A stretch of DNA of 64,000 nucleotides from Lytechinus pictus (Eukaryota). The notes under the pieces were generated by a model. The model was given only the letters and a program-made list of their open reading frames with translations, made no database searches and was not told the origin of the DNA. How positions within the stretch are numbered: position 1 is the first letter of the stretch; every line of letters starts with the position of its first letter. Below are positions 26,301 to 38,700 of this stretch, one piece after another. The DNA is taken from assembly GCF_037042905.1 (NCBI RefSeq), contig NC_087251.1, positions 1,862,001 through 1,926,000 on the forward strand, read 5' to 3'. The position numbers and the translations under genes were made by a program.

Positions 26301-28770
26301 CCATTGCTGTTAGATAACTGAACGTCAAAACCTGTTGTTGTCACGATTAAACCATTACTTAAATAATCCGCATCGAGAATATCGTCTGAATGTGTTATCT
26401 CGCATTTTCTTTCTCCCGTTGATGCAGAAAATACCTGCAGATTGTGATAATAACGCATGATTTTAGATCAATCAAAACAGAGAGATAAAATCTATTTATA
26501 TTTTACAATGAACCTGAAATGGTATAAAATAGATATGTATCTCAATTTCACGAAAAGAATTGAAAAAAAAAACATAATCGTAATGGAAATAAGTTACAGC
26601 TAAACGTTTGACAGAAAAGGAATAAAAAAACTTCATCAACTTGACGTTTACAAACGACCCTACTATCAAAGTAAAAAATGCCAAATTGTATAAAAATGAC
26701 TTTATTATATAATGGCAGCACCCTTCAGTTCCGATGCTTTAGCTTATCATAAATCGAGTACATATTTTCCATGTTACAGTTGTGATTTTCAAGAAGTGTT
26801 CCATTAAGAATTTTTTTTAATCACATTCGTTTTCATAAGACCCGGGTCACGTAACACAAAGGTTAGTGATTTATCTTACACTTGATTTTCACTATTGATT
26901 GTATACTGCAGTCAACATAATCAATGCTTTTGCTTTTCAGTGGACCCCTCCATTCTTCTCATGATATATGATTATATTGATTTAATTATATTTAATTATA
27001 TTGATTATATTGATTTAAATTTGACATGCATGTTAATTTATATTTGAATCACTTATTGAATATGTATATTATTTATTCAATGTTGAATTTTGTTCATGCT
27101 TTTATTTGAATTGAATTGATTTATCATGTAATTATTTGTATTATGTTGAAGAATGAAAATAAATTGAATTGAATTGAATTGAAATGGTCAAAAAATGTTC
27201 TATGATCATTGCTAAGGTTTGTGTTACGGGCCCCAGATCATGATCCAACGGCAAACATAAAGTAAAAAAAAAACAGTTCGTTTATTTTTTACTACATGGA
27301 ACCGTTTTGATCATGATACGGTCTCATGAAAACGAATGGGTTAAAAAATCTTGTTCTTAGCTTTGTTATATTTTTTGGGCTAAAAATAGAAAATTAGTAA
27401 ATAATTATAAATGCACCATCGCAGTGTCGTCCCTCTTTGCACACGTTAAAATTGTTCCATCACTGTGACAAGCACTGCAAGAAATGATAGCCAGAGTGTG
27501 TGCTTTCACAGAGTGCTTCAATGAAAAACATCCATCATATATCTGTAAAGACAAACAAGAGAATATCGCAGTAACTTAATTATTTGTTTCACTTGAAGCT
27601 TCAATATTATTTATGCCATTAAGCAAGCAACGTCTTTTTCAAAAATTAAATTACATGTACGTTTCTGTTTCAATTTCTATTCGAATCGGAATTTGTATGT
27701 ATTTATGTATTATGGTGACCCCTTTTAATAAACATTGCTTCTCCTGGGTCTCCGAGCCATCTATGCATTTTTTCTGTTACTTTGTGAATCGTTTATTTAT
27801 CCCTTTGATGGTTGAATTAATGAATGAGTGAATGGATGAATGAATGGATGAATGAATGAATGAATAAATAAATGAATCAAATGGGTGATACACCAAGTAA
27901 AGTGATGATATACCTCGATACAACCTGAATCATCTGCTGATACTAGCATCAATTCCTTGCGGACGGAAACGAAAACACAGCAGGTAATCCTGGAATTATC
28001 CTGGTATAATTGCTTGACAAGACGTTGTGATTGGCTACAATCCTTTGTAATATTCCAGACCTTGATACATCGATCAGCTGAGCATGATGTCGCAAGGAGA
28101 GTACCATCAGGACTAACCGATAGGTCCCCGATACTGTCAGTATGAGCTGAGATTAGTAATCGAACAGCACCAGAATATCTGTCGGCGATCTTTCGTGAGG
28201 TCGTTGTAAAGAAAAAGGTTGTAACATTTTTTTAATCTCTAGGAATTAAACATCAATTTATCCCATTGTTTCATGCATTCGGTAACAAGAAAATTTTATT
28301 TATGAATACATTTTTGCAGGGGGGGGGGGCGTGCAAGAAACACAATACTCTAAAAAACGAAGAGGTAATTTAGCTCTTAAAAGAGCGTGTATAGTGACTG
28401 CACTTCGGAGTGCTGATTTTTCTAGTTCAAATTTGAACTAGAAAAATCAGCACTCCGAAGTGTTTCTTCGTTTTTTTAGAGTGTACTAAACTGGCAGTGA
28501 TCAATGTAGAAACACGTGTTTGTCTGTTATATATATATATAAGGTTATGTCGATACCTCCTTTTATATTCATACCAGTTTCTATTTCACATGAGCATTTC
28601 CCCTTGGTTTAAAATTGTTTATTTATTTGCTGTTTTTTTTTTTTACCTGCAGTCTTCCTTCATATCCAACCGATACGATTTCTTTTCCGTCTGATAGGAG
28701 TTTGGCCCGTTTTGCAGATTTACCAGTGGTCCCATGTCTAACACAATTCATCAAGGGTTGGTCATTTGTC
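14355..28770 (-). CDS. Apaf-1-like gene: WD40-repeat exons (13 exons)
   Basis: Mostly phase-0 exons of ~120-150 nt, about one blade each, e.g. AHTDSIGDLSVSPDGTLLATSCSADRCIKVWN, AHTLAIISCSACHSDGTILTC, SHQGLSADLSRDQTNLVVGCSDGT, GPASRVSHAQFSSDGKLLL, VNNIQVSSDGSMFVT, YIEWW...FITVDELGHLFLL*. Confidence 0.85.
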
Positions 28771-29164
28771 CTAACAAAGTGTTTAAAAGGAGCAATACGT
28801 ACCCGGTCAAAGAAGCACAGATAAATGCCTATTTATGGTTTATGAAATGTCAGTATTAAAAATGTTCTGACATTTCGAATTAAAGTGTTTATTTTACAAA
28901 TGTATTCTTGACAGTAAACTGCCATTGATTTATTTGTCAGTACTCAATCGTTCATTTATAGGACATTTTTGTTATCTAAAAATTATAATGATGATGATAA
29001 CAATGATAATAATGATGTTGATGTTGATGATAATGATGATGATGATGACAACGACGACGAGGATGAGGATAATAATGATAGTGGTAGTGATGGGGATGAT
29101 GATGATGATGCTGATGATGCTAATGATGATGAGGAGGATAATGATGATAGTGGTAGTGATGGGA

Positions 29165-29221
<57 letters not shown>

Positions 29222-29390
29222 GTAGTGATGGGGATGATGGTGATGATGATGATAGTGGTAGTGATGGGGATGATGATGATGGTGGTGGTGGTAGTGATGG
29301 GGATGATGATGATGATGATTATAGTGGTAGTGATGGGGATGATGATGATGATGATGGTGGTGGTAGTGGTAGTGATGGGGATGATGATGA

Positions 29391-29437
<47 letters not shown>

Positions 29438-29516
29438 ATGGGGATGATGGTGATGATGATGATAGTGGCAGTGATGGGGATGATGATGATGATGATGGTG
29501 GTGGTGGTAGTGATGG

Positions 29517-29562
<46 letters not shown>

Positions 29563-29682
29563 AGTGATGGGGATGATGGTGATGATGATGATAGTGGTAG
29601 TGATGGGGATGATGATGATGATGATGGTGGTGGTGGTAGTGATGGGGATGATGAAGATGATGATTATAGTGGTAGTGATGGG

Positions 29683-29716
<34 letters not shown>

Positions 29717-29732
29717 ATGGGGATGATGATGA

Positions 29733-29763
<31 letters not shown>

Positions 29764-32700
29764 GGTGGTGGTGATGGGGATGATGGTGATGATGTTGATA
29801 GTGGTAGTGATGGGGATGATGGTGATGATGATGAGAGTGATAATATTGATTTCCTTAATATTTAATAATAATAATGATAATATTGAATACTATATACTGA
29901 CAGACACTACTATTTCTACGATCAGTAATATTCTTGTTAGGTGAGGCAGCGACGGATCTAACATTTCATGATACATGGGCCAAAAAAAACATGCAGAAAA
30001 AAAGTAGAACATGGATGCAGAATTGTTCGACATTTTCCTTTAAAAAATAAATGCCTAGCTCAAGGGCATGAGGGCCGTGGCCGAGGATCGAAGCCCAGAC
30101 TTTCATGTGTCTTGTCAGCAGCGGCGTAACAGGGGTCGGTGGCCAGGGGGGGGGGGGGGGCAAGAGCCAAAAATTTCCCGGTCATATCATGGTATGAACA
30201 GGTGTAATGGTGTAATGAGGCGACTATTTTGAGAAGGCCAGATATTGCGTATCAGGCAGAATTTATCTTTAAAAAAAAAGTTGCGAGCGAGCAAAAATGT
30301 TGACCTTTTTAATACAAAAATCCAATTTTGTGATAGATTTTGACATGATATCCAGAGAATAATATATTTCACTCTTCTTTCTTTAGATTCCTTTTTTTGT
30401 GGTCTGAACGCCACTGTGAACAGGATTCTGTGCGGCAGTAGCGTGAAGAGTAAAAAAAAAACCCGAAGGGCGCATTATAGCACATGTGCTAAAAAGCTGC
30501 TTTATATAAGTCCCGAGCGAGGGAAGCGAGCGAGAAAAAATCACCTTTTCCTGAGAATCTAACTTTGAGCTATTTTTTATTCAGTAAATAAAATCATATC
30601 CTTCACTTTTCCTTTGCTTTTCTTTCCTCCTTTTTTTTGTTGTTCATGTTTGTAGAACTTTTTGAAGCCATGGCCCAACCCTTCCATACGCTGTGCTGTG
30701 CGGTTGGGGTCCGGGGCGGAGCCCCCGGAACTTCTTGATATCAAAGCCATTTAAACCTCGCAGATTGCCGCTATTTTAATCAAATCGCGGGCATATACAG
30801 AATATAGCTTGATTTTACACAACACATTTATTCAACCCAGTTGCGTAATGAACCAAATATTTTGAGGGAGCAAAACAGGTGACCCGACAATTGCTCCGCC
30901 GACATCTGCTCCGCCGACAATTGCTACGCAAAATAAGACAATTGCTCCGCCGACAATTGCTCCGGACAATTGCTCCGCCGACAGTTGCTCCGTCGACACT
31001 TGCTCCGCCGATATGTGCTCCGTCGACACTTGCTCAGCCGATATTTGCTCCGCCGATATTTGCTCCGCCGACATGTGCTCCGCCGACATCTGCTCCGCCG
31101 AAAATTGCTCCGCCGACAATTGCTCCGCCGATAATTGCTCCGCCGACATCTGCTCCGATTATACGACAATTGCTCCGCGACAATTGCTCCGCCGATATTT
31201 GCTCCGCCGAAAATTGCTCCGATTATACGACAATTGCTCCGCGACAATTGCTCCGCCGATATTTGCTCCGCCGACATCTGCTCCGATTATACGACAATTG
31301 CATGAACATCTTATTTCTCCAAGTTGGTCTATGTTAAATGATAAGAAATTCATCCTGATACAAATTGTTTTGTCGTTGTTTTGTTCTTGTTATTCGTTAA
31401 TGTTTTATTTATTTCATTCTCCCCCTATCATCACAGCTTTCTGCTTAAAAAAAAAAAACAAATTGTCCTCCCTGCCGCTGCCACTTGACAAATTGTAACG
31501 GAGAAGGGGAATGACACACTCCCCATTGAAATTGTGAATCTGGATTTTTGTTCATATATTATTATCATTGGTTTCACTCCGGTCTTGAGCGGGGAGAGAA
31601 TTCGGGGGGGGGGGGTGCTGGACACAATATCTCTTCTGCTTTCCAGCAACTTATACACCATACATTCGCGCGGGCTCTCTCTCTCTCTCTTTCTCGTTTT
31701 GTTCTTTCACGTTGTTTATTTTTTTTTTGGTGACCGCTTGATTTATTGTATATTTATCAGTATTATAATTATTAATATTTTTATCAATAATTTTTATTTA
31801 CGTCTTCGGCCTTATCTACCCTTGCACTTTTTTCCTTCAATTTGTTTCAAACGAAAGTATGATCATCACAGGCGTACAGATGGGGGAGGGGCGTGCTAGG
31901 GGTCATGGATCCCCCCATTCTCCCTACCAATGAAAAACAAAAGAATAAAGGAAAGGAAAATAAATGTCATCCTTGTCTCGCCCCCTCCATTTTTTGTTGT
32001 TGGCTCATTACGCTACTGGTGAGTTACTATAAAACTAGACTTCGGTTGTATTTTTGTTCTGTTCTGTGCAATAGCGACAATATAAATATATTGTAATAAA
32101 TGAATATATGTATGTATCTCTCTCATTACGTCTAAACAAATAATGTTATTTTTAAAAGACAATAATATATATACCAGCTATAATATAGTTACAAATTCAT
32201 GAAACCCAATACGCATCTCACTGAATTTATAATGCGAGCACAAAGCACGAGCTGTTATTGACATGTATACGCCTTTTTTTTAATTGTAAACATGAAGCAT
32301 ATCTCGGGGGGGGGGGATATCTCGTAAAAGAAATGAGAGCACGATGCGTTAATTGAATATTTTTGATATATTTACCAGAGTTACAATTCTATATATTTCT
32401 TTTTCTTTGTGTTATTTCTTTCGACAAACTGTAATTGAAGTATTGAAGAGTATATAGGCTGTTATGCCTGCTGATCATGATAGAATGTGGATTATTTTGC
32501 TGATTCATTAGATCTTAACATGTGTTCTTTAAATTTGGTAATTTGGGTACATGTTAGAAACACAGGCATTGTGCATTCAGATGCACATTGTGGAAATGAG
32601 ATTCAGTATTCCTTGCAGCTAAGAAAGGTTTTGAAAATGACACTACTCTCAATTACATGTATACTGTGTCCATAGTTGCGAGTGTGTGAAAATGAAGGTG

Positions 32701-35700
32701 TTTGCAGTCATTAAACTGTAGTTTTGGTTGGAAAACGTTAATAAAACTGTCGAGAACGTACAGTCTTCATGATTTCATTTATATCATGTTCTGATCAGTA
32801 AATCAAATAAAAAAATGATAATGACAAGAACTTGTTAAGTTTATCCTTCTATTTCAATCCCATGAATAACCAGAAATCGCGATATTCAGAAATAATAAGT
32901 CATACACCTCCTTTTTTCCTCAAGCTCTCACTCACTCCCCCTCTTTCTCTCTCTCTCTCTCTTTCCCTCCATAACCCTTTTCACAATCATGTTTGTTTGA
33001 TTTCCGCATAAGCAAAACGACGACGACAATAATAATGATGGTGATGATGATGAAGATGCTGATAATGATGCTGATGATGATAATGGTGGTACAATGATAA
33101 TGATAATAAGTACATGAACACACGTTTTCTTCTCATAATAGTTCATTCTTGGAAAATACATAGGCGGCCATATACACATGAAGGTATATCATTTATAGAA
33201 GAAAATCTTGTTTGATTGATTTTTTTTATTTTTTGAAACTACGTGTAAAATTATATCCCCCATCAACAACAAATTGTTACTTACATTATAACATCATAAT
33301 GAATATAATTCGACTATTGGCGGACCATATTTAGATTTAGATTAAGATTTATTCATTTTCCGTTCACAAAGCACAACAAAATCAAAGTAACAATACATAG
33401 TCAAATTTAAAGTACAATATCAATCGGAATAATGCATAAGAATTAGAACGTATAAACAATGAGAACTAATGCGAACTAAAGTAACCTTGACTAATAACTA
33501 TATAAAACAGAACATATGGATTTTATTTTTGGATTATTTTTAAAAAATTAATTATCCTTTTTCTATCAGTGAAGAAAACAATCATGATCAACATAAAACA
33601 AAAAAGCAACTCACTATTATATACAGTATTATCATAATCTAAAAACCTACGGTGTGTATGACATGATGTGGATGTGGAGACCAGACTGAGAGCACTGTGT
33701 GTACGAGAGGATATGGAAACCAGAGTGGAGGGGTGTGCCGAGAAGGTGACACGACATGTAGCCTTTTACAAGTTGGTATTTTCTTGAATATTAATTTTTA
33801 CTTACTGAATGTCTTGGTCATGTTTGTGTGGCACAAAATTTGCCGACAGTAAACATTTTGCGTGACTACAGTACAGGTTTTCGACAAAATAAGGTGGGGT
33901 ATACCGTTGAATTTCACCTGGAGCAAATGTCTCCACTTCGGAGCATATTTCGCCAGTCTGAGCGATTTTGACGCTAAGAATGGGGTATGTCTAATTTGTT
34001 TCTACTGTTATAACATGGAGCTATATGGTTATAATAATTACATGAAAACGCGTTTTTTTTTTCATTCTAATCGCCAGGCACGTAATGAAACTTACACAAA
34101 TGCTCCCCCCCCCCCCACCATGAATAAGCATTAAGAATATCTATCCCACCTTTGTGCTTACCCCTTTTTTTCTATTTCTTTGTATATGCATGTATTAGGG
34201 GCCGCGGAGCCGGGGGGCTTTAGCCCCCCAATTTTCCAAAGCCGTGTACAAAAAACGTAAGAATGACCATATGATTGTGATTTTTAGCATTGACAGCCCC
34301 CCACTTTTGACTCATGCGCCCTCACTTTGAAAACCGTTCCGCGGCCCTTGTGTATGACATGTAATATATCATGCAAGCATAGTTTAAGTTTACTTTGTAA
34401 ATTCATGGAATCCATTTACTTTGTAAATTCATGGAATCCATGGTAAATTGACGCCTTCAGCCTGTGCTACAATTGTTATGCGTATGAAAGTACGAATAAA
34501 AAAATAAATAAATAATTGTCGCATTATCGGAGCAATTTACGGCGGAGCAGATGTCGGCGGAGCAATTATCGGCGGAGCAATAGTCGTATAATCGGAGCAG
34601 ATGTCGGCGGAGCAATTATCGGCCGAGCAATTGTCGGCGGAGCAATTTTCGGCGGAGCAGATGTCGGCGGAGCAGATGTCGGCGGAGCAAATATCGGCGG
34701 AGCAAATTTCGGCGGAGCAAGTGTCGACGGAGCACATATCGGCGGAGCAAGTGTCGACGGAGCAACTGTCGGCGGAGCAACTGTCCGGAGCAATTGTCGG
34801 CGGAGCAGCTGTCGTATTTTGCGTAGCAATTGTCGGCGGAGCAAATGTCGGCGGAGCAATTGTCATGGAACCGCAAAACATTGCAATGTGGGAAAAATTT
34901 GTAAAAAGTCGCCAGCGTGCAAAGCGAGCTGGAAAAAAAAAGCCTATTGAAATTAAATTCTAATTATGTGATATATTTTTCCATTATATTCAGCAAATAA
35001 CACCTTTTATTGTTTCCATTCATTTCATTTTACGTTGTCTCATATAATTTATTTTATTTCCTCTTGGGTGTGGAACCAAGACCCCTGTTACACCCACAAA
35101 TGTAATAATCGCCCACAAATGTAATAACGCCCACAAATGTAATAACACTTTACCCACAAATGTAATAACGCCCACAAATGTAATAACACTTTACCCACAA
35201 ATGTAATAATTTTGATCGCCCACAAATGTAATAATGACTTTACCCACAAATGTAATAAATTTGAAGGGATTTTTGGCGAATCCGTTCTAAACTGAAATCC
35301 TATAGTAATACGCTCATATAGCACAAAAGTGCAAAGTCTTTATTTCAAGACCCGGTTAATAAAGAAAGTATAATATAATCCAATGTCTTTTCTTCCAGAC
35401 CCGGTTGTTTCAATAATTATAATATAAGTTCAAAATCTTTTTTCCAGACCAAGTTGTTTAAAAAATTATAATATAAGTCCAAAGTCTTTTTTTTCCAGAC
35501 CCGGTTGTTTAAAAAATTATAATATAAGTTCAAAGTCTTTTTTCCAGACCTGGTTGTTTAAAAAATTATAATATAAGTTCAGACTTTTTTTCCAGACCCG
35601 GTTGTTTCAAAAATTATAATATAAGACCAAACTAAAACAACAAAACAAAGACCTATGGTGTAGTCTTTGCTCCAGACTCAGTTATTTCAAAATAGGAGAT

Positions 35701-38700
35701 AATAAGAAACAATTTAAAAAAAAACTATATCAACAAAGACCCCACAATATCATTGATGTAGAATAACGTTGTTATTGTTATCTTGGGTTTTAAGGTGCGT
35801 ATCATTCAGATATGAACATTTACGCCTATGATTAATTTGTCGTTTTTGTGGTATGCTTTATCACAGGGTTTTAATAGTTAAGAAGATGCTGGGGTTAAGT
35901 CTTAAGATTAAAGTTTCGCTTAATTTGTATTTTTTCTGAAAACTGGGTGTGGGGTACAGACAACACTCTAAACCCAAGCATTTAAACTGGGCTTAATTTT
36001 GAAATTTGGTCTTAGTTTTTTTTTCTCAATATTTCTTTATTTTTTAAATAACCGGGTCTAGACGTAAGACTATGCATAATACTCGTGTTATTCCACAGGA
36101 ATAAGAATATGACAAAGTCTTGTGTTTTTAAGACTGTTTGAATTATTATTTAAATGACTGGGTCTGGAATAAAGACAACACTCTAAACATGTGCTTTTCT
36201 ACATGGTCTTAATTTGGAGGATTGTTGGTTCTTAGATTCGTTGTTGGGGTTGGGTTTTATTGTTTTTTTATTCTTGAAATAACTGTGTCTGGAGGAAAGT
36301 CTACAATCGATCTTCATGTTATTCCACAGTAATTAGATTTTTGGGTATTAATTTTAGAATATTTGTAAAAACTATTTTTTTTTCAAATAATAACCAAGTC
36401 TGGAGAAAGGATGTTTGCTTTACCCATGCATTATTACAATGTTTTGAATGTTTTGTAAGGGTCTTAGTATTATTAAAAAAAAACTGGGTGCGGGGTAAAT
36501 ACATATTTTTACACCCAGTTACACCCAGTAAGGGTGTAACTTTTGAAGATTGGTCTTAGATTTGAACTGTTGAAGTTTTTTTTATTCATTTTTTTTTTAA
36601 TAACCGGGTCTGGTGAAAAGAGTACGTTTTAAAACTCGTGTTATTCCAGAAGAATAAGAATATGATATAGTCTTACGTTAGAAGATTTTTTTTTTGGTAA
36701 TTTTGTTAATGATTAGGTCTGGAATAAAGACAATGCTCTAAACCTCTAAACAGGTTCTTAGGTTGAAGGATTGTTTGGTCTTAGATTTGGAATTTTCTTA
36801 TTATTACTGTTAGCGTTATTTTGAAAAAAAAACTGGGTCTGGCTGAAAGACTATGCTATATGTCCATGTTATCCAGCATTAATAGGATTATGGGGTCTTT
36901 ATACTGTTTTTGTTGTTGTTATTTTGTTATTTATAATTTTCGAATAACAGGGTTTGGAGAAAAGACTAAGCTCGATTTTTATTTTTATTCCACTGGAATA
37001 TCATTATGGTATCTTAGTTTGGACTTATATTACAATTTTTGAAATAACTGGGTCTGGAAAAAAGACTTTGGACTTATGTTGTAATGTTTGAAAAAACCGG
37101 GTCTGGAAAAAGACTTTGGACTTATATTATAATTTTTGAAACAACCGGGTCTTGAAAAAAGACTTAATTTAGACTTATGTCATAAATATTTAATTAACCA
37201 GGTCTGGAAAAAGAATTTGCACTTTTGTGCTATATGAACGCATTACTATAAGGATGTAGTTTTTAGTTTTAAGTAACCGGGTGTGGAGAAAGACTACGTT
37301 TGATTCTCAATTTACTCTTAGCGCATATATTCACAAAACGCACCGTGTAAGTTCAAACAACAACAAAGACATTAATTCCATCAGTTTTAATTAACTGGGT
37401 CTGGAGAAAAGACTAAGCTCGATTCTCATTTTCATTCCACTGGAATATCATTATCGTATCCTAGTTTGGATTTATTTTATGTTTTTTTAAATAACCGTGT
37501 CTGGAAAAAAAAGACTTTGGACTTATATTATAATTTTTGAAACAACCAGGACTGGAAAAAAGACTTTAAATCATATTATAATTTTTGAATTAATCGGGTC
37601 TGGAAAAAAGACTTTACACTTTTGTGCTATATGAACGCATTACTATAGGATTTCAGTTTAGAACGGATTCGCCAAAAATCCCTTCAAATTTATTACATTT
37701 GTGGGTAAAGTCATTATTACATTTGTGGGCGATCAAAAATTATTACATTTGTGGGTAAAGTGTTATTACATTTGTGGGCGTTATTACATTTGTGGGTAAA
37801 GTGTTATTACATTTGTGGGCGTTATTACATTTGTGGGTGCAACACCCCCCCCCCCCCCGCCTGTCTGCCAGTGATTGAACTGGCGTTATAGAGCCATTTG
37901 AAGGTTATAAATGAAGAGCCCCTACTGCGTGGGGTCTGGGGCAAAGCCCCGGTAGCTTATTTGCATAAAATTTAGCCCCGCATTTAGCAAGCTTAAAGCA
38001 CAATGTGGTATGCAGTCCATTAGCTTTTGACTAATTACATTCTACCTTCGTTTCCCGCCATTGTTTGCAATTTTGTCATCTTTTGATCTATTTCCCACTG
38101 TGCTATTGCATTACATAGGCCTATTTCGGAATGATTTGCTCTTTCTCAGATGTTCTTCTTTCGTACATTTTCCCGCTTTCCTTCCTTTTCCATTAAAAAA
38201 AAGTTTTTTCTTCGTTTTCTTTTCACTTTTCCCTTTCCTTTTCCTCCTTTCCTTTTCCCATTTCCTTCCCCTTGCCCTTTCTTTCTCCCTCTTTTTTTTT
38301 TCTTTTTCCCGTTTTTCTTTTATTTTCCCGGTGAAATCCGCCAGGGGGGGCAACTTGCCCCCCCCCTGCCCCCCCCCCCCCCGCCTGTTACGCCACTGCT
38401 TGTCAGGCGCCTTATATAGACCACTCGGCCACGGCATCTCCTTCTATAGAGAGCGGCAGCTCCGGGTAATCAGACCCATCCCCCACTCCCATCTCGATCC
38501 GCCACTTTGATAAAAACCTGTGCATAGTTCAAATGGTGGTAGTGCCTTGAAGTAACTAAAATCTGAAGTACTATTCTACATCATCTAGGGAATGAACTAT
38601 TACATTTTGTCAGGGTTCTTACCGTTCTTTGATGAAAAACTCATTTCTTGTTTGCTGAGCTACTCTAAGCGCTCGCCTGTAAACAGTAGATGAAGGAGGG

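Noticed and set aside
28925..29944. 339-aa Met/Val-rich and 298-aa Asp/Gly/Ser-rich ORFs (resembling an acidic biomineralisation protein)
   Set aside because: Read-through of a stop-free (GAT)n compound microsatellite in an intron; no signal peptide or splice context. The recurring SGSDGD unit reflects repeat expansion. Stranded RNA-seq could overturn this.
30832..34963. SAEQL / APPTI pentapeptide-repeat ORFs on both strands
   Set aside because: Translations of the 15-bp foldback arms.
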